Positions 39,539 to 53,638 of a stretch of DNA of 64,000 nt are shown piece by piece. How positions within the stretch are numbered: the first letter of the stretch is position 1; each line of letters starts with the position of its first letter. This stretch comes from Camelus ferus. Taxonomy: Eukaryota. Where the stretch lies: assembly GCF_009834535.1 (NCBI RefSeq), contig NC_045696.1:52082001-52146000 (forward strand), read 5' to 3'. Below the pieces are notes generated by a model that ran no database searches, was not told the DNA's origin, and saw only the letters and a list, made by a program, of their open reading frames with translations. The translations under genes were made by a program, and so were the position numbers.

Positions 39539-42500
39539 AAAGTTTTATTCCAAATCTAGGAATTTATCTCAAATAAATCATCTAAACACTATGGGGAAGG
39601 GAAGGTTTATGCACAAGGAAGTTCATCACATTCTTTTTTAAAATAACTGAAAGTGAAAACAATTACTGTCCAGGCATAAGTAAGGACTGAGTAACTATGG
39701 AATATCTACACAATAGAATATGGTGTAGCTATTAAAATGGGAAAGGTACTTAGATTTTAAGTAAAGTTAATTAAGATACAACATATTATAAGCACTAAGA
39801 TTAAAATATTTGAAAAGATACTTTTTTAGACTGGGAGAAAGTAAACCAATATGGTAATAGGAATATTTTCTTTTTTGAGCTTTTAAAAATCTTCCAATTT
39901 TTGTTTAGTAAAGTGTATGACCTTTAATTGGGGAAATGAAGTATAAAAATAAGAAAAAAAGCTTAATATTTTAAATGACTTTGAATAGAAGGTAATTAAG
40001 GAAATTATGAAGTTATATACGGTAGAGAAAACAACACCAAAAAATTTGAAGAATACTGTCTTTAAGAATTCTGGAAAACAGCTTCACGGATCCAACATAT
40101 CATTAAATAAACCTAAAGATGGGAATTGAAAGGAGGAGTTTTAAAATTTTAATCAGGGTATTGGGTGCTTAAATGAAAATTAGCGTTTTGTGCACTCTTC
40201 TATGACTATTGAGTTTAAGTATTCTACCATCACTGTAAAGAGTATCTTATGCATATTTCTGTGTGTGTTCATTACTGTATTCATTTTTCAACATACAATT
40301 GAACGATTTTTTGAGAGTCACCATATTCTAGGCACTGTGCGAGTAAATCAAAGGTCAAAGACAAATGTGATAACATGTATGCTTTAGCCCTGTATTCTAA
40401 AATTGTTTATATGAAATATATTTTATATTTTAAGTATAGTGCATTACAATGCTTTTCAGTCTTTTCAATATGGACATGAATGGAAAACTCATACAATTTT
40501 ATTAATTCATATTAATGAAGAAAGGAGGATATTATCCATTCATTTCTGACTCTCTTTGGACTGTGAAAAGTATCCTGAAACCTGCTATAGTGTGCCAAAC
40601 CCTCTCAGGGTAGAAATCTATTTACTAATAAACTGGTTTCACAGATTGCTGTCATACTCCCTAATTACACAAATGTATTTTCCAGGTATATCTGAATGAC
40701 ATCTCTGATGTAATGTATACTTATTTTCTTATCACCTTATCATACTTTTTATTTAAAATCCATCAATTAATGATCTGTGATCTTCAAGTAATCAATTTAA
40801 TGATTACATGAATTAAAATAATGCACGGCCCTTTAAAGGAACTAATATTTTCTTTGTTTATGTTACAAAATTGGCCTTGGGTGAATATATTCATTCCCTG
40901 AATTTCACAATGGTTCAAGGATAAACTGTTTCCCCTTTGTAATTCAGTAAGTTTGCTCCAAAGCAGACTATTGCTTCTCTACTCAAAAATGAGTAAAATG
41001 CATTCAGAGACCTTAGGGGACCTATTCTTAATGAGATAGAATCCTGTCCCAGTTTGTTAAATTCACTGAATTTATAACTCACTGTTACTGCCGAAGGAAT
41101 TAATCCAAGCTTGTTACTTGATTGATCTAGTAAAATCCACAGAGCAAATTTGGTATCTTTTTTAAAAAAACAAAGTAACCAAAACAAAAATACAAAGGAT
41201 GCTAATAAGTTACAGATAGGAAGAAAGATAAATACTTTATATTTATCATCAGGGAAACCAGAGAAAATTTCTAACAAAACTGTTTATGCTTCTGAGCAGT
41301 GCTATCGTCATCACTATCATCAGCACCAATAATGATGAGGAGGGGATAACAGTAATAATCTCCTATATTTGCATAATACTTTTATTTGGGGAAGAGGCTT
41401 CTTTTCATTTGGTCTTCATAATTAATTTTTGAGAAAGTAAGGTATATGCTTTAAAATGTCTCATTTTATGAGGGAGGAAATTAGAGTTAATAGAAGATAA
41501 GAGATTTGCCTAACAGCAACACATAACTGGAGCTACATTACTGGCCACCTGACTTCTACTTCAGGGTTTGTTTTTCAATACTTTCGAATCAAAAGAACCC
41601 ATGATTTATAATATTTTTCTAAATTTTGTGCAAACCACTTAGAGCCATAAAATTCTATTAACCATAGTAGTTTAAAACACAGACAAATGGTAAGCAGGTG
41701 TATGGTAAACAACTTAGAAGTTGGAAAGAAAGATACATCTCTGATTAGCAGGGCAAAAAGGAAGATAAGAAAAAAGATATCTTAAGGGTTCTAGAGCCCC
41801 TGCGATAATTAATTGGTACATTTACTTATTTTCATTCTCTGTTTCAAAATGTATTTAACTTTTGAGACTTGAAGCACCATAAAATACAAAGTGTTGTTAA
41901 TAACAATAAAGAAATCTCCAGTTATCTAAAGAGATATGCTTAATCTAGGTCCTTTCTGTTCAACTTCCATTATAACTGCTTCATTTTATCCAAGTTTCCA
42001 GTACAGGATCTCCTAGGACAAACACTGATATTTATCTGCTGCTACTGGTTTTACTAATTGAGTATTATATTATACTTGGTTCATCACATTATCCAGGGAG
42101 GTAAGAAAGTTAGAGAAAAAAATCAGTAAATGAAGATAATTTAAAAAACTACTTATGCCTCATTTATGAAACTACTTTCTTTACCTAGTTATTCACTACT
42201 ATTACCACAAGATACACATGAATTAGAGTTTTTAAATAACATTGATTTTTCCTTTATAAACTCCTTTACCCATGGTTAAAGGAACCTGGCACCAGTTTAT
42301 GACACAGGAAAACATTAATCATAGTTTAGTACACAAACTGGAGAAGGATATTATAGCCTACTAAAACTATTGGTATTATTTGGATTCTCAGAATGCATGT
42401 AATTACCTAAATTACAAGATTTTCTTTGTGCCAGGGAAACCAACTTTCTTTTAGAAAACATTACTTTTGGTAATTTTTAAATTTCAGAGCAGTATAGCTT

Positions 42501-45500
42501 TAATTAGGTGGTTACTGTAATCATTCAAATAGAGACTGACCAGTTCATACTAGCCAAATGAATTTCAGTAACAAAGTCTTACTGTATTTTTAAATACTGC
42601 AGAAATAATATTTAGATCTAAATATATGTAAGGAATTCATATAAAGGGAAATATAAAATACAATTGGAAGAAGAAGGTTATCTTTGCAAGTTACTTTGTA
42701 AAGAAATAAAGTAGTGAATTCCCAGCCACTCCCAAATAAACTGATAATCAAAACAGCATTATAAGAGGACCCCCAGTTCTACCATGATAGGATGGGCTTG
42801 TATCAAAATACCCCTTCTGCTTAGAAAACTATAAAAACTGAATAAAATAAAAATTATTTTTAAAAAACTCTTTGAAGGCTCTGGGACCAACCAAAGTGGT
42901 TTCAACTTAAAACTCAAGATACTGTAAAGAAGGAAAAAAGTATAGAAGTAAGCCCTATGATGTCTACCACTGTTGCACTCAAGTGATCCTAAGTATCATA
43001 GGGCTGAGAGACTGAGCACAAAGATCTGGATCAGAGAATTAAGTAGTCTAGTGGAGGAGAGATAGTAAAAATTACACCACAAAACTGTCAGGATAGCCAC
43101 ACCATAAGGAGCCAAGATCCTGGACAAAAGGTAAATACAATGAGGTGAAGCCTATATACTTTTACACCTTTATATTTTTAACCTTTGAAGCATTTGCAAA
43201 TTCCCTTTCATGGGATGAAAAGACCCCTAAAACAAGCAGAAAGCATCAACCTAGATACTAGAAAATTAAACATCACATCCAGTGCCAAGTACTACATTAC
43301 TATGGTACCAAGGAGGCAAAAACTGGAGTTTAGGGGCCACCTGAAAAATATCCCATAATTTTATTTGAACCTCTAAATGGCTGTTTATAGGAGTAAGGGC
43401 AAAGCAGAAAAAGGCTAACCATCACAAAGCTAGAAACCCAATTTCAAATCATCTCAATTCCTGATTAGATCAAGGTGAATTAACTTTAATTATCTGCAAG
43501 AAGAAAATCAAATCCTCCTTGGAAAAATACAATATCATACAAAACCTTCTCAATTTTTCATATGCAAAGACCATCAGGTGTGCCACTAGTTAGGATCAAA
43601 TAACCAAAAACCAACAAAAAATAAACATAAACTCAAAAAATTATACAGATAGAATTATCAGGCATGGACTTTTAAATGCTGATTAATTGGTTTAATAATA
43701 AATGTTAATGAATATGTTTTGATAATAAATATAATTAACTTAATAATTGATTAATTTGTGACTGGTTAATTGATACTTAATATAGTTTAAAAAAATAAAG
43801 AAAAAGTTTGACAATTACCAGAGAAATGGAATCTATAAAAATAACAAATGATACTCTAGTATTAAAAATAAAATAACTAAATTAAGAATTCAATGAATGG
43901 GTTTAACAGCAGATTAGACACAATAGAGAAAGGGATTCATAAACTTTGAAATTAGGTTAATAGAAAATAGCTAGACTGAAAAAAAAGAGAAATAAGAATG
44001 AAAAATACAAGAAGAAAGACAAATGAGACATTGGTAGAAAAAGAAAAGTGTCCAATGTACAGATAATTTTAGTTACAGAAGAAAAGGGTAGAGAGAATGG
44101 GCAGAAGCAAAACTCAAAGCAACAACGGTCAAGAATTTTCCAAAATTTACAAAAGCTATCAAACCATAGATTAAAAAATGTCTAAGAATAAATAAAGAGA
44201 AACTGATATAAAACAAAGCTTTGAGGATTTATTACCTTCTTAAAAAATAATAATCACAGGGGAGGTGCCAAAATGACGGAGTAAAGAGACTCACAGCTTA
44301 CCCTCTTCCACAAATACAGCAAGAATTACATCTACAGACCTACTGAATTGCACAGAATACCTACCAAAGTCTGGCAGAGCATCTCTCTTTGAAATACAGG
44401 AGGATTCTTACAAAATCCGCAGGGAAGTCAGTGGGACAGAAGCAGAGTTTCCGAGGCTCAGAGGAGAAAGTGGCAGTTGCTTGGCAGACAGAACTAAAAG
44501 AAACTGGCACAGAGGGTCCCTGCGATCCCTAGCCCTAGATCCGAGCTGGAAGGGATAAGTTGGGAATGGCTGCTGGAGATCGATCAGTGATGAGTCAGTG
44601 GAGAGGGCTAGGGCCCAATGGACAGAGGCAGCCTCAGGTTCCTGGAGAACAGCATGAGTTCTAGCTGGGGATTTGTGCAAAACAAAACAGCCTGGGACCC
44701 CCATAAAAAAAGCACCACTGCTGGTGTGCATAGCGGGGAGGGGCTGCTGTCTCTGTTTGGCTCCATTGTGTTCTCGTGAGAAGAGAGGTGGGGCTCAGTG
44801 CTGCTATGCAGAGGTGGGGCTGAAAGCTGAATCCATACCCAAGGGCCCTGCAACTTCACAGGCAGGACTGAGATTTGTTTACAGCCGCAGGCAAGAGGGT
44901 GGATTTGCTCTGCTGGTGCTTGTGAACCTGTGCCTCTGGGACAAACAGGAAGTGAGCGGAGTTCTGCGGTATTTACAATAGGACAGAGTACTGTACGCGG
45001 ATGCAGGGCTGGGGTCTGCACTGACCCTATGGCGCACCATGAATTCAGGTGTGTGATTGCATGCTCAATACGGCAGATGCTAGCTCCTGACATTTGCAGA
45101 TCTGCACTGGTGGTTCCTGGGGCGCAGAACCTGGGGGACACTAGAGTGGATGGCTGATATTCTGCAGCTAAGGCAGGGACAAAGGTAGCATCAACAAAGA
45201 GTACTTCATAACCCTGCATAACAAGTGACAGACAATACCACAGAGGGCACTTCCTAGTGGACATCTTCTGCAGAGGTATACTAAGCGAATCTTCTTCCCA
45301 GATGAAGTGCTCCAACCCTGCCTACCACACACACGGTCTAGAAGCTCTATTCCAGCACCAGGGGAGCAGACCCGGCCCCTGTCAAGGCTGTGACAACCAC
45401 AAAACAAAAAAGGAGGCTTCATTCAACAAAAACAATCAGGGCAGGCTTTGGTCACCACAATACCAACTGCATCTCCAAAAAAAGGCATAACACAGAAGAA

Positions 45501-45682
45501 AGACATGGCAACCACCCATACTAAGAACAGCCCTTGCAACAAAACTATTAGATGCGAGGAGTCTACACAGGAATGTTCCCACTTTAAAAACAAACAAACA
45601 AACAAGCAAAAATACAACCTTTAAGGACCATAGCAGATAACTGATCCTCCTAAATCCACAAAGACAGAGAAATATAAGTAAA

Positions 45683-46562
45683 TTGAAGAAGCAGAGGAAC
45701 CACTGCCAATTAAAAGAACAAGAGAAGTCCTGAAAGAATGAACAATGGTATAGACCTCAACAGTCTACTAGATCATGACTTCAAAAAGGGGGTGATAAAA
45801 GCACTGAAAGAAATAAGAGACTATGAAAGAGACAGAAATTGTATAAAGGAAATAGAAACTATAAAGAGGAACCAATTAAAAGCAGAAAACTCAATGGCTG
45901 AGATAAGAGCTGAGCTAAAGGCAGTCAAAAGCAGACTGGATAATGCAGAGGAACAAATAAGTAACTTAGAAGACAGGATAACAGAAGTCACCCAATCAGA
46001 ACAGCAGACAGAAGAGCAAGTAAAATGAAAGCAATATAAGGGACCTATGGGATAATATAAAGCATGCCAATCTATGCATAATAGAGTGTCCCACAAGGAG
46101 AAGAAAAAAAAGGGGATGGAAAAGGTATTTGAAGAAATTATGACTGAAAACTTTCCAAAACTAAAGAAGGAAACAGATATCCAAGTACAGGAAGCACAGA
46201 AGGTCCCAAATAAGAATAACCCAAACAAACCTATACCAAGACATATTATAATTGAGATGGCAAAGGTTAAAGATAAAGAAAGGATTCTAAAGGCAGCAAA
46301 AGAAAAACAAAGAGTTAGTTACAAGGAAACCCCCATAAAGCTTTCAGCCAATTTCTCTACACAAACACTGCTGGCCAGAAGGGAGTGGCAAGATATATTC
46401 AAAGTCCTGAATGAGAAAAAGCTGTAACCTCTGATGCTCTAACTGGCAAGACTATCCTTTAGAGTAGAAAGAGATATAAAGAATTTCATAGACAAGAACA
46501 AACTAAAAGAATTCAGCAATACTAAATCTATCCTAAAAGAAATATTGAAAGGTCTACTCTAA
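45683..46562 (+). pseudogene. L1 ORF1p remnant
   Basis: Fragments ...KSRLDNAEEQISNLEDR... and ...FEEIMTENFPKL...PRHIII...LARREWQDIFKVL; start apparently mutated to TTG; frameshifts and stops. Confidence 0.9.
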
Positions 46563-49500
46563 ATAGAAAAAAAGCAGGAAGCTATAGAAAATCATAACTG
46601 AAAATATAATAACTACAGTGAGTTGCAAAAGAATAAACATGAAGATGTAAAAAAAAGGTATCAAAATCATAAAAGGTGGGAGAGGGGAGAAAAAAAATTT
46701 AGATTTTTTTTCTCTCTCTCCTCTTTTTCTCCTTTTATTTTTTGTTTCCTCATTCTTTTTAGGATGCATTTGAGCCTATATGACTACCAGTCTAAAGCAA
46801 ATAGACATAGTAATGGGTTAACATACTTGAAAAACAGGGTAACCACAAATCACAAGAATACAATAGAGTCACAAAAACCAAAAAGAAACCAAGCTAATAC
46901 AAAAGAAAATTATCAAACCACAAAAAGAAAAGCAAAAAGGAAAAGAAAAGAACAAAGAAGAAATATAAAATCAACTGGAAAACAAAGCTCAAAATGGCAA
47001 TAAACATACATATATTAATAATTACTATAAATGTCAATGGACTAAATGCTCCAATCAAAAGACACAGAGTGGCAGATTGGATAATAAAAGAAAAGCTTAC
47101 AATATGCTGCCTACAGGAGACCCACTTTAGAGTGAAGGACACACATAGACTGAAAGTGAGAGGATGGAAAAAGACTATTTCATGCAAATGGAAATGACAG
47201 GAAAGCAGGAACACCAATACTCATATCAGATAAAACAGACTTTAAAACAAAGGCCATAAAAAAGATAAAAAATGGCAGTATATAATGATCAAAGGAGCAA
47301 TACAAGATGAGGATATTATACTCATTAACATATATGCACCCAATAAAGGAGCACCTAAATACATAATGCAAACACTAACAGACATACAGGGAGAAGCTGA
47401 TGGGAATACAGTATTAGTAGACTTCAACGCCCACTGACATCATTGGACAGGTCTTCCAGACAGAAAATCAGTAAGGTAACAGAGATACTAAGTGACACAA
47501 CAGAAGTTGGACTTGGTTGATATTTTTTAGGACATTACATCCCCCCAAAACAGAATATACGTTCTTTTCAAGTGCTCATAGAACATTCTCTAGGATAGAC
47601 CATATACTTGGGCACAAGAAAAGCCGCAACAAATTTAATAGAATAGAAATTATTTCAAGCATCTTCTCTGACCACAATGGCATGAAACTAGAAATCAACC
47701 ACAGAAAAACAAATGAGAAAAAAAAAAAAATGACAGCATGGAGACTAAACAATGTACTACTAAAAAACCAATGGTCAATGATGAAACCAAAGAAGAAGCT
47801 TAAAAATACCTTTAGACAAACAACAATGAAAACAAACCACACAAAATCTATGGGATGCAGCAAAAGCAGTTCTAAGAAGGAAGTTCAAAGCATTATAGGC
47901 CTTCCTCAAAAAACAAAACAATCTCAAAGAAAGGACCTAACCTACCACCTAAAAGAATTAGAAAAAGAAGAACAAACAAAGCCTAAAGTCAGCAGAAGGA
48001 AAGAAATAACAAAGATCAGGGAAGAAATAAATAAAATAGAAAGTAAAAAATAGAAAAAAAATCAATCAAACCAAGAGCTTGTTTTTTGAAAAAGTAAACA
48101 AAATTGACAAACCTCTGGCCAGGCTCGCCAAGAAGAAAAGAGAGAGCACACAAATAAACAAAATAAGAAATGAAAATGGAGAGATTAAAACCAATATCTT
48201 AGAAATGCAAAAAATCATAAAAGAATACTATGAACAACTATATGGCAATAAATTGGACAACTTAGAAAATTGGACAAGTTTCTAGAAACATACAGTCCAT
48301 CAAAACTGAATCAAGAAGAAATAGACCATTTGAAAAGACCAATCACTAGAAATGAAACAGAATCAGCAATAAAAAACCTCCCTGCAAACTAAAGTCCAGG
48401 ACTAGATGGCTTCCCTAGGGAATTCTATCAAACATACAAAGAAGAGCTCATACCGATCCTTCTCAAACTCTTATATAAGACTGAAGAGAAGAGAATACTC
48501 CCAAACTCATTCTGTGAAGCCACCATCACCCTGATACCAAAGCCAGATAGACACTACCAAAAAAGAAAACTATAGGCCAACATCACTGATGAACATAGAT
48601 GCAAAAATTCTCAACAGAATATTAGCAAATAGAATTCAACAACACATAAAACAGATTATACACTGTGATCAAGCTGAGTTCATCCCAGGGACACAAGATT
48701 GGTTCAACATACACAAATCAATCTATGTAACACACCACATCAACAAAAGAAAGGACAAAAGCCACATGATCATTTCAGTAGGTGCAGAAAAAGCATCTGA
48801 TAAAATTCTACACCCATCTATGACATAAACTCTAACCAAAGTGAGTACAGAGGGTACATAGCTCAACATAATAAAAGCTATTTATGACAAACCAACAGCC
48901 AGCATAATACTCAATGGTGAAAAGCTGGAAGCCTTCCTGCTAAAATCTGGAACAAGACAAGGATGACCACTCTCACCACTTCTATTCAATATAGTATTGG
49001 AACTCCTAGTTATAGCAATTAGACAAGAAAAATACATAAAAGGGATACAATTGTCAGAGAAGAGGTAAAACTCTCATTATATGTGGATAACATGATACTA
49101 TATACCGAAAACCCTAGAGGCTCAACTCAAGAACTACTAACGCTGATAAAGGAATTTGGTAATGTAGCAGGATACAAGATTAACAAACATAAATCAATTG
49201 CATTTATTTACACTAACAATGAAATATCAGAAAAGGAAAGTAAACAAACAAAAAAAAAACCCTCTTTAAAACTGTATAAAGAAAATACTTAGGAATAAAT
49301 CTGACCAAGGAAGTGAAAGACTTAAACATGGAGAACTACAAAATATCGACTATGAAAATTAAAGATGACTTAAAGAAATGGAAAGATATTCCATGTTCTT
49401 GGATTGGAAGAATTAATATTGTTAAAATGGCCATACTGGGGATTCCTCAAAAAACTAAAAATAGACTTACCATATTACCCAGCAATTCCACTCCTGGGCA

Positions 49501-49786
49501 TATATCCAGAAGGGACCTTAATTCAAAAAGGCACATGCACTCCAATATTCGTAGCAGCACTATTTACAATAGCCAAGACATGGAAACAACCTAAATGTAC
49601 ATGGACAGATGACTGGATAAAGTAATTGTGGTATATTTAAACAATGGAATACTACTCAGCCAATAAAAAATAATAAAATAATGTCATCTGCAGTAACATG
49701 GATGAACCTGGAGAACGTCATTTTTAGTGAAGTAAGCCAGAAAGAGAAAGAAAAATACCACATAATATTGCATACATATGGAATCT

Positions 49787-49828
49787 AAAAAGAAGAAGAA
49801 GAAGAAGAGGAAGAGAAGGGAAGAGGAA

Positions 49829-49863
<35 letters not shown>

Positions 49864-50024
49864 AGAAGAAGAAGAAGAAGAAGAAGAAGAAGAAGAAGAA
49901 GAAGAAGAAGGAGAAGGAGAAGGAGAAGGAGAAGGAGAAGGGAAGGAGAAGGAGAAGGAGAAGGAGAAGGAGAAGGAGAAGGAGAAGGAGAAGGAGAAGG
50001 AGAAGAAGAAGAAGAAAAGAAAGA
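49787..50024 (+). repeat. Pure polypurine tract: (GAA)n then (GGAGAA)n
   Basis: 238 nt with only A/G; about 23 uninterrupted GAA at 49841-49909. Confidence 0.95.
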
Positions 50025-50256
50025 CAAACGAACTTATTTACAAAATAGAAGGAGACTCAAAGACATAGGAAACAAACTTAGGATTACTTTGGAGGGAAGG
50101 GGGTGAGAAAGGATACACTGAGAGTTCGATATTTGCAGATACTAACTAATATATATGTATATAAAAAATAGATAAACAACAAGTTCATGCTGTATAGCAC
50201 AGGGAACCATATTCAATATCTTGTAATAACCTATGGTGAAGAAGAATATGAGAACA

Positions 50257-50327
50257 TCCGTGAGTCTGTTTTGTTTCTGTTATATTCACTAGTTTACTGT
50301 ATTTTTTTAGATTCTATGTAAGAAAAA
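50257..50327 (-). mobile_element. 71-bp antisense L1-3'UTR-like insertion with 15-bp TSD
   Basis: aagaatatgagaaca at 50242-56 and 50328-42 flanks gtgagtctgttttgtttctgttatattcactagttt...ttttagattc plus a short A run. Confidence 0.7.
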
Positions 50328-53300
50328 AAGAATATGAGAACAAATATATGTATGTTCCTATATGACTGAAATATTGTGCTGTACACCAGAAATTGACACA
50401 ATATTGTAAACTGTCCTTCAGTAAAAATATATATATTTTTAAAAATGGCCACACTACCCAAAGCAATCTACAGATTTAATGTGATCCCTATCAAATTACT
50501 CAGGATATTTTTCACAGAACTAGAAAAAATAACCCTAAAATTTATATGGAATCACAAAAGACCCAGAATTGCCAAAGCGATACTGAAGAAAAAGAATGAA
50601 GCTGGAGAAATAACCCTTCCAGACTTCAGACAATACTACAGAGCTACATAATCAAAACAGCACAGTACTGGTACAAAAACAGACATATGAATCAATCGAA
50701 CAGAATACAGAGCCCAGATATAAGCTCACAAACTTTTGGCCAATTAATCTTTGACAAAGGAGGCAAGAACTTAAAATAGAGTAAAGACAGTCTCTTCAGC
50801 AAGTGGTGTTGGGAAAACTGGATAGCAGCATGTAAATCAATAAAGTTAGAACACTCCCTCACACCACACACAGAAATAACAAAATGGCTTAAAGACTTAA
50901 ATATAAGACAAGATATAATAAACCTCCTAGAAAAAAACATAGGCAAAACATTCTCTGACATAAATCTCAGCAGTGTTCTCCTAGGGCAGTTTACCCAGGC
51001 AATAGAAATATAAACAAAAATAAACAAATAATTAAACTTAGAAGCTTTTGCACAGCAAAGGAAACCATAAGCAAAACAAAAAATATAACCTATGAATTGG
51101 GAGAACATATTTGCAAAAGATGAGACTGACAAGGGCTTAATTTCCAGAATATATAAACAGCTCATACAACTTAATAAGAAAAAAAAAAAACAAACAAACA
51201 ATCCAAAAATGGGCTGCAGACCTAAACAAGCAATTCCTCAATGAAGACATAAAAATAACTAATAGGCATGTGAAAAAATGCTCAGAATCACTAATTATCA
51301 GAGAAATGCAAATCAAAACTACAATGAAGTATCACCTCACACCAGTAAGAATGGCCATCATTCAAAAGTCCACAGAAGATAAATGCTGGAGAGACTATGG
51401 AGGAAATGGAACCCTCCAATACTGTTGGTAGGAATGTAGTTTGGTGCAGCCATTATGGAAAACAGTATGGAGACTCCTCAAAAGACTAAAAATAGACTTA
51501 CCATATGATCCAGCAATCCCACTCCTGGGCATCTATCCAGAGAGAACCTTAATTTAAAAAGATATATGCACCCTAATGTTCATAGCAGCACTATATACAA
51601 TAGTCAAGATATGGAAACAATCTAAATGTCCATTGACAAATAACTGGATAAAGAAGTTGTGGTATATTTGTACAATGGAATACTATCAGCCATATAAAAA
51701 GAATAAAATAATGCCATTTGCATCAACATGGATGGACCTAGGGATTGTCATTCTAAGTGAAGTAAGCCAGAAAGAGAAAGAAAAATACCATATGATATCA
51801 CTTATATGTGGAATCTAAAAAAAAGAAAAAAAAAGACAAATGAACTTATTTACAAAACAGAAACAGATTCACTAGAAAATAAACTTAAGGTTACCAGAGG
51901 AAAGGTGTGGGAAAAGATAAAGTGGGAGCTGGGAATTTGCAGATACTAACTAATATATATAAAATAAATAAAGAACAAGATTATACTGTATAGCACAGGG
52001 AACTATATTCAATATCTTGTAGTAACTTGTGATGAAAAAGAATATGAAAATGAATATATGATTGTTCATGTATGACTGAAACATTATGCTATACACCAGA
52101 AACTGACACAACATTGTAAACTGACTATAGTTCAATAAATATATATATATATGAAAAAAATAATCATCAAATAAGAAATCTCATAAGAGCCAGAGGAATA
52201 AAAATGCATTACTTTCTAAGGAGTAATAAGTCTGAGAGATGATTTCTTATGGAAAACAATGTAAATCAAAGAGCAAAGCAATGACAGCTTTAAAGTGCTT
52301 TTAAAAAGTAACTACCAACCTAGAATTCTATAACCAATAAAAATATCCTTCAGTTGAATGAAGAAAAAGTTAATTATTTTCAGGAAAATAAAAGTGAGAA
52401 AAAATTTCACCAGTATAAAGAATACTAAAGGATATCTTTCAGGTAGAAGGAAAATTACCTCAGACAGTGATACGGAAATTCAGGAAGAAATGAAGTAAAT
52501 CAGAAAAGGTCAATATCTGAGTAAATATAAAAGAATACATACTGACAGGAAAAAAAATTAAAACAACAATTTCTTTTAGGAATTAGGGCACCTGAAGTAT
52601 TATAATATAGGACAATAGCACAAATAGTCCTATATTTGAATGGGGTCAAAAGCAGTTTCCTTGCAGGAAAGAGATAAAAGGTATAATTTATAGTAGAGTT
52701 TATTTGGGAGCCATTTAAAAATTAAAAATATATAATTGGTAAGGCAAAATGGAAGGGATGAAATAAAAAGTGACTAATAACAAAGAAATTAAAGGAAATG
52801 GGAAATACAAAATGGCAGAGAAAGAAAAATACAGATAGATGATAAATTAAATCCAGGAATATCACTAATTTCATTTAATGTAAATAGACTAAATATGACA
52901 CTTGAGAAACAAATACAGTTGAAATACAAGTTAAAAACAACAACAATATGGTGTTCACAAGAAACATATCTTAAATATGAGTTTATAGAAAAGTTGAAAG
53001 TAAAAAGATTAAAAAGTTACCAATCAAACATCATTTTATTTTGGAAAGCTAGGATAACTACACATTATACTAGCAGTCTAGGTAGAATATAAGACAAGAT
53101 GTAATACAAGAAGAGCATTTAATAATCTACTAGGAAGAAATCAAAATTCTAAATTTATACAAACTAATAATATAGTTTTAAAAAGCAAAAACTGATGAAA
53201 CTAAAAGGAGAAACAGACAAATCCATAACCACATAGAAAATTTTAACATAACTCTCTCAGCAAGAGATAGAACACGAAGGTAAAAAATCAAGAGATAGGT

Positions 53301-53429
53301 AAGATATTTGAGCACAAAGATTTAACAAATTTGATCTAGTTGATATGCATAGGACCATACACCCAACAACCATAAAATACACTTATTTTCATGTATACAT
53401 AGAACATTTATCAAAACTTTACTTAAACT

Positions 53430-53638
53430 GGCTCAAACTACCAGTTATAAGATAAACAAGTTCTGAGACTGTAATATAACATCCACACAACAGGGAATTA
53501 TGTGAGGTAATGGAGGTGTTAACTGACTTTACTGTGATAATCATTTTGCACATATAAGGCTATCAAGTTATCGTATTATACACCTTAAACTTAAACAATG
53601 TTACATATCAATTATCTCACTGGAGGTGAAAAAAATAA
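53430..53638 (+). mobile_element. L1MA-like 3' end within the old L1
   Basis: cagttataagataaacaagttctgag...tgtgaggtaatggaggtgttaact...tacaccttaaacttaaacaatgtta...tcaattatctc. Confidence 0.7.

Larger units (their letters stand above)
49438..50441 (+). mobile_element. 5'-truncated L1 (~1 kb) inserted inside ORF2 of the full-length L1
   Basis: Second copy of ORF2 end and 3'UTR; TSD aaaatggccatact (49424-37) / aaaatggccacact (50442-55). Confidence 0.92.
46994..51818 (+). pseudogene. L1 ORF2p (endonuclease/reverse transcriptase) remnant
   Basis: [86 protein letters not shown]; many frameshifts and a nested insertion. Confidence 0.95.
44257..52154 (+). mobile_element. Full-length, inactivated younger LINE-1 (cetartiodactyl/camelid type)
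   Basis: GGGGAGG start, GC-rich 5'UTR, ORF1, ORF2, 3'UTR; TSD aaaaaataataatca (44242-56) / aaaaaataatcatca (52155-69) at a TT|AAAA site. Confidence 0.95.

Noticed and set aside
49778..50068. Poly-E/K ORF and antisense poly-L/SP ORF
   Set aside because: Translation of the GAA/GGAGAA microsatellite
44257..52154. Active, retrotransposition-competent L1
   Set aside because: ORF1 and ORF2 carry many stops and frameshifts plus a nested insertion
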